NCBI RefSeq assembly: GCF_000143415.4
Contig: NW_003314263.1
Coordinates: 2,482,041 to 2,546,040 of the forward strand
DNA: 64,000 nt
Source: Selaginella moellendorffii
Lineage: Eukaryota; Plantae; Lycopodiophyta
Direction: 5' to 3'
This document shows positions 1 to 10,445 of this stretch, piece by piece. Positions within the stretch are counted from its first letter, which is position 1, and every line of letters starts with the position of its first letter. Both the position numbers and the translations under genes were made by a program. The notes beneath the pieces were generated by a model that did not search any database, was not told the origin of the DNA, and saw only the letters and a list, made by a program, of their open reading frames with translations.

Positions 1-1944
1 TGCACAAAATGAATCCTTTTTTTTTTCCTTAAATATTGATGACCCTAGCGAGATTGAATGGACCATTTGGCAAGGGATTGTGTAAATATATTGAAATTGT
101 TTATTTGGTTGAAGTGTTGCCAATTTCTTTAATAAGATTGAGAATGATGGTTTTTTGGAGAAAACCATTTCGAGCTTAACATTCTAACATGGATAAGCAT
201 TGGAGCAAAAACAAAAGATGCAATCCAATTGGTGAAGACGCTCAAGAAATCTCAATGATTTGTTAGAGTAAGTATGCAACAAAAGGCAGGCCCAAAATGA
301 AAGCCCTTTACGAAGATAATAGTACTAGCCAACACCCACTTAGGAACAAAACACACCAAGTCAAAGATTATGAGAGTGGCAACCAAGGTTTGTAACACCA
401 ATTTTCAATATTAAGAAGTACTCTAAACATTTACTAAATCTCCTACTAGCTTTATTTAGCAAGAATCTACTTTATAAGTTATTGTAGATCTTCCTTAAAG
501 ATACTTCAAATATGAAAGGCAGGTAAAGCAAAGAACTAAATTAATCAAGCGAGTCTATGAGTGCAAATTGGACAACCATTCCTTTTGTGTTTGTGAGCTC
601 AAGATAGAATTGGATTATGGCATCGACTTAAGAAAGCAATGGTTGCTAAGATGGAGCAAATAAAGGAGTTCATAAAGTATTAATATGGCTAAAGTGTTGT
701 GGAGCTCCTTGCATTCAAGTTGAATATAAAGTTGGCATTGATAGATCTTGAGTTTGTGAAGGTCCAAACCATATTAGTTTCAATGCTAAAAACCTAGTAA
801 GGATAAAAAATTTAGATAAATGGCAATGAGTTAAAACTACAATAGTTGAGAAAGCTTATAGTGACACATCCATTCAAAAGTACAAAGTCGTACGAGTGAG
901 GATAATTTCACTCATAGATGAGAAACAAGTATCTAGTAAAAAAGAAAGGTCAAAACAAGAAAACCATACATATTTAGCTAGACATCAAGAAACTTTCTCT
1001 AAAACATCATCCTCAAGCAAGAACAATCTCTCTCACAAAGACCAAGCAACACTTCCCTTTGAAATGGAAACACCACACGATACACACTAAGCAAATGAAT
1101 GAGCTTCTCAAAAGACTACCAACCTCCACCAGCTCCTTGCACCAATTCCAAGTACCAAGAAACCCTAGTTGCAAAAAAACCCTAGCCAGTAAAACCCTTG
1201 CTGCCACGGAAAACCGCTGGAAAACATGAAAGAGTTCAATCCAGCTATAGCAATAAAAAATAGGTCTAGAAGAAAAGAAGAAACCAAGTAAAGTGGCTGG
1301 AAATCCACTCTCCCCATCAACATCCCAAGGTCAAGAGATTCCAGCAAGAAACCACTCAAATCCTGGATCTCTCTCTATTTCCATCAGATCCAAGCCAAAG
1401 AGAGCTAGCTAGAAGAGAGCAAAAGAGAGAAAAACTAAAGATCCAAAGCAAATATATCTCCTAATGTAGCAGAAAAGCACAAGTAATTGAACCCCTATCT
1501 AGTGTGCCAAACTATAGCATCACTACACAACTTGTATTTCACCAAAGGGGCTACATTGCCTTCTCAATCTTGTTAGGGTTTTCAGCCCTAACACTAATTA
1601 TATACTGATATAGCATGTGATGCGGCATCCAGGTGGCAATCCATAACATGGCAGATTAGTTGGCAACTCCACTAATCGTACACGAATATGCCTTAATAGG
1701 ATTATTGAGTAGACAATGCAGCCAAAGCCCCTGAAGGTGGATCCCAGGAGGTAGTGATCTACGTGATCGAGATGTTCCAGTCGGATCTCTTGTCGGTGCT
1801 GGTTCTTATGCTCATCGCCGCCACCAGCTGGCTCAAGCTCGTCTCGTACGCGCACACCAACGCCGATATCCGCACGGTGAAGGACGGTGGCAAGATAGAG
1901 CTCTCCGCCGAGTACCTAGCGATTGACTACCTGGACAACATCAC

Positions 1945-3576
1945 TGTGAGACACAAAATCCCTAGTCCCCAAAGTGGAGCCGAAAAGGTGCCACGTGGTA
2001 GTGGCCGAAGTGAAAGCCAAACGAGCGTAACATGTTTGGACTAAAAGCTCCAACTTGAAATGTCGAGAGTGGGAGTGGAACTCCCAACAAAGTGCTCAAG
2101 GAACAAGCATGGAACAAGTAATAAGTGAGTCTCTAGAAAAGGGACTCGAGATGGACCCGAGATGGAGTTCGAGATGGAGTCCGAGATGGACCCGAGATGG
2201 ACCCGAGATGGAGTCCGAGATGGAGTCCGAGATAGACCCGAGATGGATCTAAGATGGACCCGAGATGGACCCGAGATGGAGTCCGAGATGGAGTCCGAGA
2301 TAGACCCGAGATGGAGTCCGAGATGGACCCAAGATGGAGTCCGAGATGGACCCGAGATGGAGTCTAAGATGGACCCGAGATGGAGTCCAAGATGGACCCA
2401 AGATGGAGTCCGAGATGGACCCGAGATGGAGTCCAAAGTCGAGACCAAGACCGGGACCGAGACCGAGACCGGGACCGAGACCGAGACCGAGATCGGGACC
2501 AAGACTGAGACCGAGTCCGAGCCCGAGTCTGAGTCCGAGTCCGAGTCTGAGTCTAAGTCCAAGTCCAAGTCCAAGTTTGAGTCCGAGTTCAAGTCTGAGA
2601 GGGTGAAAGCCCAAAGCATTCGTCTCCTAGACCCTGGGGGCTTTGGTGAGCTCCAAAAGTATAGTGAGGGGGAGAACTGTAGTGGAGCTAGTTTGGCCTT
2701 GGAATGCTATACCCAGTGTTGGGTGATGAGCTGCTCACTAGGAAGTCCAAGACTAGAGTGAACATAGACCGACAAGCAGGGTAGCTTGGTGAAATGTTCA
2801 AGAGCCGGCTTTAGTTCCCCTGGGAGATCGACTGGCCAATGCTCCTAGTCCAAGTGTGGGTGGCACTACCTACTTGGATACCTGGTGTGGCTCAACGAAA
2901 CCTTGCTCTAAGCCCATGGCTAGAGCACCCAAAGGCAAAAGGCAAGGAGAGTACCCACGAGGCCCGCGTAGGGCCACGGTGTTCCAAAATGTTGCCCCAA
3001 AGTCCCAGACTGTGGAAAGGAAGAGGAGTAGCCCTCTGGTGTGGTGATAAAGGACACAGTTACATAGTGAGGAAGTCCTAGAGGACAATTGGACTTAGTG
3101 GTCGGGTCTGTGGGCCTTGATCCAGTGACAGTGTTGGCGAACATGGCCATGGACAGGAAGGGACTTGGTGGGGACCGGAAAGGAGACATTGGGGAAGGCT
3201 ATTTCCCATGTCTGCAGGCATCATGAGGATGCTATGGAGTGGATTTGGGATAACCACTCATGGATGGATGGCCTAGTCTTTAAGAGACAGGATTGCAATG
3301 CAGGTGGTGTTGGACCACTAGTGTGACCAAGGTAAATGGGCATGGCCTTAGTGTAACGGGTTGAGAGGTTAGTGGTACCTTGGGGTGTCGGTTATGGGAT
3401 CGGACGTGTTAAGCACTTGGACCAAGTGCAAAGGTTGAGTGGCATGGATGCCATTCTCGAGGTTAGTAAGCCCCAAGTCCTAACTGGGACTTATGGAGGT
3501 TGTGAATCAGACTCCTCCAAGTGGTTGAATGTGTAGTTAAGTGACTAAAGTAAAATGGAAAAATTAGTCGCTTACA
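1945..3576 (+). repeat. 5' LTR of the LARD-like element
   Basis: TG...CA termini, followed by ATT and the PBS; aligns by eye along its length with 7602-9333. Confidence 0.93.
2145..2600 (+). repeat. Tandem array inside the 5' LTR (11/12-bp GAGATGGACCC / GAGATGGAGTCC units grading into 6-bp GAGACC/GAGTCC units)
   Basis: Directly visible periodicity; it explains the stacked low-complexity ORFs on both strands. Confidence 0.95.
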
Positions 3577-3579
3577 ATT

Positions 3580-3590
3580 TGGTATCAGAG
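3580..3590 (+). other. Primer-binding site (tRNA-iMet)
   Basis: TGGTATCAGAG, 3 nt after the 5' LTR end. Confidence 0.9.
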
Positions 3591-6500
3591 TTGTTCCTTA
3601 GTCCAACTCTTATTGGTGGCCAAGTATATCACCACTTGTATTAGAATAGGAAGGTCCTAAGTATAGACCTATCCTCAAGGAGTAGCATGGCGAGAGGACA
3701 TGGCTCCCCACTCAAGTTCATGCGTGAACTTGTGCACAATGTGGTGGATGGAAAAGGGCCAGTAAGGGAACGACTTTGGGATCTTGGGAACAGTATAAAG
3801 GTTTCCTTAGAGAGTTAAGGATGTGATCCGGATGAGCGTTTGACGCAGCAAACAGGCTAATATAGTTGTGGTAAACAACTATAGTTGGGATCACAGGAAA
3901 GAGGTAGACTCCAAAACAATAAAGGAGTCACAAGATTACCCTCATATAGTTGAGGTTGGTGCTCATAAGTTTGAGACCGGAATTGATGACTGTGGGAAGT
4001 CAAATACGGAAAATGACATAAGTCCTTGAAATGGTAGCCAGGGCTACCTCTAATAAATGCTGGAACAACCCAAGGAGTTGGGGGTGTACTTAGAGGATGA
4101 GTTGGTATTTTCATCACATGGACAAGTGGTCATAAGGGGCAAAAGGTTGCCCTTAGAGAACAAGTCAAGTGTTAGAGTAACATTTGCAAAAGATGGTCCT
4201 TGTGAGTAGGACATGAATACAAGGAGTTGTATTCTAATGAGCTAGCACCTCAAAAGTAGGACCTCATGGGTCGTCAGATTAACAAAGTCCAAAAAGTCTG
4301 ATGACTTTAATAGAGTCAAGGAATAATCGTAAGGGATTGATAGAAGCATTTGGACTGAGGTGTGTGGTGCCCCACGAAAGATGGGGAGGATCTTGAGATC
4401 CAAGCATGAAAATAGTGTGTATCTCATTGATGGCAAAAGGTGCCATGCTAAAGTCGTGGGAAAGAGTTTCCCGGAAGAAAATAACATTGACACAAAATTG
4501 TGTGTGAACTCTATAGTAATTGACATAAGAGACAACCATATTGGTCTCGGCAAAAAAACCTAGACACAAGTAAGAAGTGTCATAAAGGTAAGCTCGTAGA
4601 GCCGATGGTGTGAAGACACCGAATGTGCCAAGGCGTGCTGCCTTGAGGTTAAGTTGGCGGGTTTATGAGAACCCTTTCCAAAGGAATCCCAATGGAAATG
4701 GGAATAGCTGGAAGGCATGCAATTAGAGTGTGGTGACTTAGATAATGATGGAGGTGTGGAAGCACCAGCAATGAGTTGGAGGACTTGATAACTATGAGGC
4801 AACTAAGCAAAAGGTGGAAAATAATTGGTTAAACTGGTAGAAGGTGACTACCTAAGAATTTTTATTGGGATAAAGAAGTTAAATATACCCTTATGAAGGA
4901 TAAATTGCTTATGCTGCGAAATAGTAAGTCAATGTCATAAAGGGAATGCTCATTGCCAAATAAGTCATCATTGGGACACCCAAGCACTCTAGAACACCAG
5001 AAGGTGGTGTTTGGTGTTATGAGGGTAATGGATAATGCCTAAGGGATAAAGTCCCTAGCAAATGAAGGATAGGAAGAGCTATCCAAATGTCCAAGGTTGT
5101 GGAGACGGAAGAAGTCCATTTACCCAAATTGGACAAAGCCAAAGAAAGATTTTGGCAAGGCTAATGATGGGTATATAAAGGCCCATAAGTAGCAATGGTA
5201 ATCCCAATGTGTGGGATTACAAGGTGAGTATACCTAAATTGAGGAACCACTCCCTAAGTTATCGGGTAGGTTCATCCCTTGAATACTTACCAAGGCATGG
5301 TAGAAAATGCAAAGCTATCTTCCTAGTTTGGAGGAGAATGACCAAAGGAAATGTATGAGGCCAAAAGGTAAGTAATAAAGGGATAGAACTGAACCATAGA
5401 AATTGACAAGCATGACCAAGGGTGGTTATGCAAGTTGGGAATGGAAAATCAAGTGGGTGCTCAAGCATGTTGTTACTAACGACTGGGATGCCATGGAGAG
5501 TCTAAAACATAGGATTGTCCATGTTAAACTATATGGCAATTGGAAAGCTTGCGAAATGAGAGACCTTAGCAAGCTAAAGAACAGAATTCCTTGAACGTTC
5601 CCCCTAGGTAGATAAGTACCTAGACATCCAAGTGTAAATGGTTTATAGAGCGTGCGAAATTAGAGTGGCACAACAAAAGCATGGTCTTGAAGTTTGCCAA
5701 GAGGCGAGGCTATCAAGGTTAGAGAAGTAGTTCCCGAGTGTTCAAAGAGAGGGCTTTGAACAAAAGTCAATGGTTAAGAACTTTCACACTTATGCATGAA
5801 CCATGTTATGGTGGCCGAATGACTTGCTAAGTGAGATTGACAAGTTGGGGGAACGAATACCCTAGTTGAAAGAGCCAACTTCAAAGGGGTGGCCCATGGG
5901 GCCGAGCATGGAGGAGTCCATGCATGATCACAGACATGTCAAGTGAGAGGACTTGGCAGTGTGGAGGAACTAAGTTCCTAAGCTGTGATCTGTAGCGCGC
6001 TTTAAGTATAAGTTGGTGCACCGACGTAGGGAGTCATGCCAGGCATCCTATGTGATGCCATTCGTAGATGCATATACAGAGGTTGGGTTCGAATCCCAAC
6101 CCTCTAGTGCTTGGGTTCAAGTCCCAACTCACTAGGGCGAGGTGATGGTTTGGAATATGAGGACACTCATTTTTCGGTGGTCATGGACTCTTAGTAAGGA
6201 GACTAACTTGGGCACACTGCCAAGCGGGGGATGCCACAGAGTCGTGATGCACAGTTAGATTGCTTAGTGTGAAAGCTTGGCATATCTAACTTGAACACTT
6301 TGGTGCAAGTGGCACCAAGGACGTGGTGAATGAGATGGGGACACCTAATCTCAATTCCTATGGACCCTTGGCCAGATGGGCTGGCTTGGGTGCACCGCCA
6401 AGTGTGGAGGATGCCCCTGGGTCATGGTGAACAACTTAAAGGTCTGGAAAACCTAGTACATGTTGGCAAACCTATTAACGTGCCAAGGTTAGATCACTAT

Positions 6501-7601
6501 GTGATCTTATAGCTAAAACAAGGACAAAGTCCTTATGAGGTTAAGGGATAAAGTTCTAAGTTCAAAATGTTAATTAGAACTATTGATGATGGTGTGGCTT
6601 GATCAAGGTGACCAAGTGGGAAGAACACCTAAGGGAAATGAGCTATGTTAATGTGATGGCATAGTAAGTTCGAGGAAAATAGTTTCTATAAGGGATCCAT
6701 GAAAGGGTCTTAAAGTTAGGCCGTGGATAGAGCCCATGGCAGAGAATGTTAAAGAAACATACTAGGGGTGAACACCCTCTGGACTTGGCAAAGCAAAGTG
6801 TTTGCTATGGAACTGAAGGGATACCTCGAGAATAGAGGTAGCGATCCTATGTTGCTAGGTGCAACAATCACGGATAGGAGCAAAAGACTAGTGGCTAAGA
6901 AAAGAGCCATGGGAATCATGGGAAAGAATCCAAATGGCAAAGTTAGGCCAAAAACACTAATGTGTTGCATGCTAACAAATTGTGGGAAAGGCAATGTGTT
7001 TCCAAGGATGGATTCCCAATTGCTCTGATTTGGCGAAAGTAAAAGCTCCAAGGGTGGGAGTGGTAAAGTAGCCAAATGATAGGGCTGTGGACAACCCTAG
7101 TACAAATTATGAAAACTGAAACTTAATGTCAAAGGTGGCACAAAATCGAAGAGGGGATGATGGTGCCCTCAAGTAGAGAACTTCATAGGATGGGGAAGTG
7201 GAGCTGCACAATATGTGCAATGCAAAATGTCGGAGACACCCAGGAAATTGACTTCGAGAAGTCAGGATTAAAAATTCCAAAGTGCAAGAGTTATATCGAT
7301 GGAAATTGAGACTACTCAAGAATGAGTAGTGAGATTGAGTTAGAGAAGGTGTCTCTAACAGGTTTAACGAGAAATAAACCAATAAAAAGAGAGAACCACC
7401 ACAAGTGGTCGAATGAGTCTTTAAGTTGGAGAGACTATGCTCCTTAGAAGGTGAACAAGGCATGGTGAGCCTTCGGTGTCAAACCATTGACGAATATTGG
7501 TGAGGTGCCAAGGATGGAAAGGGTAATACATGTTGGTATTACTTTATAAAATAGTTTATTGTTTGATGAGGATATCAAACTTCGTCTATGGGTGGTGGAG
7601 T

Positions 7602-9333
7602 TGTGAGACACAAAATCCTTAGGCCCCAAAGTGGAGCCGGAAGGGTGCCACGTGGTAGTGGCCGAAGTGAAAGCCAAACAAGCGTAACACATTTGGACTA
7701 AAAGCTCCAACTTGAAATGTCGAGAGCGGGAGTGGAACTCCCAACAAAGTGCTCAAGGAACAAGCATGGAGCAAGCAATAAGTGAGTCTCTAGAAAAGGG
7801 ACCCGAGATGGACTCGAGATGGAGTCCGAGATGGAGTCCGAGATGGAGTCCAAGATGGACCCGAGATGGACCCGAGATGGAGTCCGAAATGGAGTCCGAG
7901 ATAGACCCGAGATGGATCTGAGATGGACCCGAGATGGACCTAAGATGGAGTCCGAGATGGAGTCCGAGATCGACCCGAGATGGATCCGAGATGGACCTGA
8001 GATGGAGTCCGAGATGGAGTCCAAGATGGACCCGAGATGGAGTCCGAGATGGACCCAAGATGGAGTTTGAGATGGACCTGAGATGGAGTCCGAGATGGAC
8101 CCGAGATGGAGTCTGAGATGGACCCAAGATGGAGTCCAAGATGGACCCAAGATGGAGTCCGAAGTCGAGACCAAGATCGGGACCGAGACTGGGATTGAGA
8201 CCGAGACCGAGATCGGGACCAAGACTGAGACCAAGGCCAAGCCCGAGTCCGAGTCCGAGTCCGAGTCCGAGGCTGAGTCTGATTCCGAGTCCGAGTCCAA
8301 GTCCAAGTCCGAGTCTGAGTCCGAATTCGAGTCTGAGAAGGTGAAAGCCCAAAGCATTTGTCTCCTAGACCCTGGGGGCTTTGGTGAGCTCCAAAAGTAT
8401 AGTGAGGGGGAGGACTGCAGTGGAGCCAGTTTGGCCAGGAAAAACCAGTTTGGCCTTGGAAGGCTATACCTAGTGTTAGGTGATGAGTTGCCCACTGGGA
8501 AGTCTAAGACTAGAGTGAACACGGACCGACAAGCAGGGTAGCTTGGTGAAGTGTTCAAGAGCCGGTTCTAGTTCCCCCGGGAGATCGACTGGCCGATGCT
8601 CCCAGTCCAAGTGTGGGTGGCACTACCTACTTGGATACCTGGTGTGGCTCAACAGAACCTCGCTCTAAGCCCATGGCTAGAGCACCCAAAGGCAGAAGGC
8701 GAGGAGAGTACCCATGAAGCCTGCATAGGGCCACGGTATTCTAAAATGTTGCCCCAAAGTCCCAGACTGTGGAAAGGAAGAGGAGTAGCCCTCTGGTGTG
8801 GTGACAAAGGACACAATCACATAGTGAGGAAGTCCCAGAGGACAATTAGACTTAGTGGTTGGGCTTGTGGGCCTTGATCCAGTGATAGTGTTGGCGAACA
8901 TGGCCATGGACAGGAAGGGACTTGGTGGGGACCGGAAATGAGACATTGGGGAAGGTTATTCCCTATATCTGTAGGCATCTTGAGGATGCTATGGAGTGGA
9001 TTTGGGATAACCACTCATGGATGGATGGCCTAGTCTTTGAGAAACAGGACTGCAATGCAGGTGGTGTTGGACCACTAGTGTGACTAAGGTAAATGGGCAT
9101 GGCCTTAGCGTAACGGGCTGAGGGGTTAGTGATACCTTAGGGTGTCAATCATGGGATTAAATATGTTGAGCACTTGGACCAAGTGCAAAGGTTGAGTGGC
9201 ATGGATACCATTCTCGGGGCTAACAAGCCCCAAGTCCTAACTGAGACTTATAGAGGTTGTGAATGAGACTCTTCCAAGTGGTCGGATGTGCAGTTAAGTG
9301 ACTAAAGTAAAATGGAAAAATTAGTCACTTACA
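7602..9333 (+). repeat. 3' LTR of the LARD-like element
   Basis: Same termini as the 5' LTR, with a longer tandem array (~7800-8335) and an extra 19 nt near 8438-8456. Confidence 0.93.
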
Positions 9334-10445
9334 ATTACATCGTCTACTTCATGGCAGCGCCAACGCTGTGCTACCAACTGAGCTACCCGTGCTTGCCGCG
9401 GATTAGAACCGGGTGGGTGCTCCGGCAGCTGGGCAAGTGGATCATCTTCAATGGATTCATGGGCTTCATCATCGGGCAGTACATTAATCCAATCATCCGG
9501 AACTCGATGCACCCGCTCAAGGGGAACCTCTATGTGATTGAGCACGTGCTCAAGCTGTTCATCGCTCTACGTCTGGCTGGGCTTCTTCTACTGCTTCTTC
9601 CACCTCTGGCTCAACATCGTGGCAGAGATCCTGTGCTTTGGTGACCGCAAGTTCTACAAGGACTGGTGGAACGCCAAGTCAGTGGACGAGTACTGGTGGC
9701 TGTGGAACATGCCCATCCACTGCTGGCTCATCCGCCATGTCTACTTCCCATGCCTCCGGCTGGGCCTCCACAAGCAGCTTGCCATTTTGGTGGTGTTCGT
9801 CATCTCCGGGATCTTCCACGAGATTTGCATCGTGGTGCTGTGCCACATGCTGCAGGGTTGGGCGTTTTTGGGGATCATGTTCCAGGTGCTGCTGGTTCTA
9901 GTGACCAACGTCCTCCAGTGCAAGTTCCAGAGCTCCATGGTCGGCAACATGATCTTCTGGTTCTTCTTTTGCATCGTCGGGCAGCCGATGTGCGTGCTGC
10001 TCTACTACCACGACGTTGTCAACAGGCAGCAGCTCCAGCTAGCCGGGCGGTCCAAATAATCCTGGGTGATACGTCACAGTCATAGCAAGGCATAATGGTA
10101 TAATGATTCATCTGATCGACGCAATTTTTTTTGGTGATCTTTAGTCGAGGCCGCCCACTGCTCGTCCTGGAGCTGATAAGACACCTTAAAGTTTGGTAGG
10201 ATTAGAAACCTTTGGAAACAAAGTCTTATGTTTCTCACGCCACCACAGGACTGTCTGTAACCATGACACATCAGAAAAGTTTGGAAAAACAAATCACAAC
10301 TCTCGAAAGGAAGAGTGATCACGCACAAAAGCATTATGAGGAGCTTTGGAAACAACAAAGAAAGTTGCAATGCAGCTGGAAGGAAAGAGTGCTGGACTTA
10401 TATAAACAAAGTTTAGCAGCAAGGCAGCAAGGAAACAACGCACTC

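Larger units (their letters stand above)
1945..9333 (+). mobile_element. Full-length non-autonomous LTR retroelement (LARD-like, probably Ty3/Gypsy-derived), 7.4 kb
   Basis: Two ~1.6-1.7 kb direct repeats starting TGTGAGACAC and ending CTTACA. tRNA-iMet PBS TGGTATCAGAG at 3580-3590. Purine-rich tract ATGGGTGGTGGAG just before the 3' LTR. Near-perfect 5-bp TSD ATCAC (1940-1944) / ATTAC (9334-9338). The ~4 kb interior has no recognisable gag/pol ORF. Confidence 0.92.
1754..10059 (+). pseudogene. DGAT1: Intronless, 5'-truncated diacylglycerol O-acyltransferase 1 (DGAT1, MBOAT family) pseudogene, interrupted by an LTR element at 1945-9333
   Basis: 5' part (1754-1944) reads ...WLKLVSYAHTNADIR...DYLDNIT. 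3' part (9339-10059) reads IVYFMAAPTLCYQLSYP...YINPIIRNSMHPLKG, then after a frameshift near 9560 LYVWLGFFYCFFHLWLNI...FYKDWWNAKS...GQPMCVLLYYHD. These are hallmark plant DGAT1 motifs. No introns are present; there are frameshifts and small deletions. Confidence 0.93.

Noticed and set aside
2145-2430. Regular repeat array considered as a possible CRISPR
   Set aside because: Units are contiguous 11-12-mers with no unique spacers, there are no cas genes, and the context is eukaryotic.
2041-2761. Stacked ORFs of 90-290 aa on both strands in the LTRs (also 7698-8558) with WSPR, ESES and LGLG repeats
   Set aside because: They arise from stop-poor tandem repeats, and the frames differ between the two LTR copies, so there is no evidence of protein-level conservation.
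5995-6105. Possible bona fide tRNA gene
   Set aside because: A T-arm and an A-box-like motif are present, but no acceptor stem or anticodon arm could be closed; reported as tRNA-like only.
10212-10445. Coiled-coil-like reading frame fused in frame to the MDR relic
   Set aside because: No ATG-supported start or recognisable family; probably an unrelated fragment next to the pseudogene.
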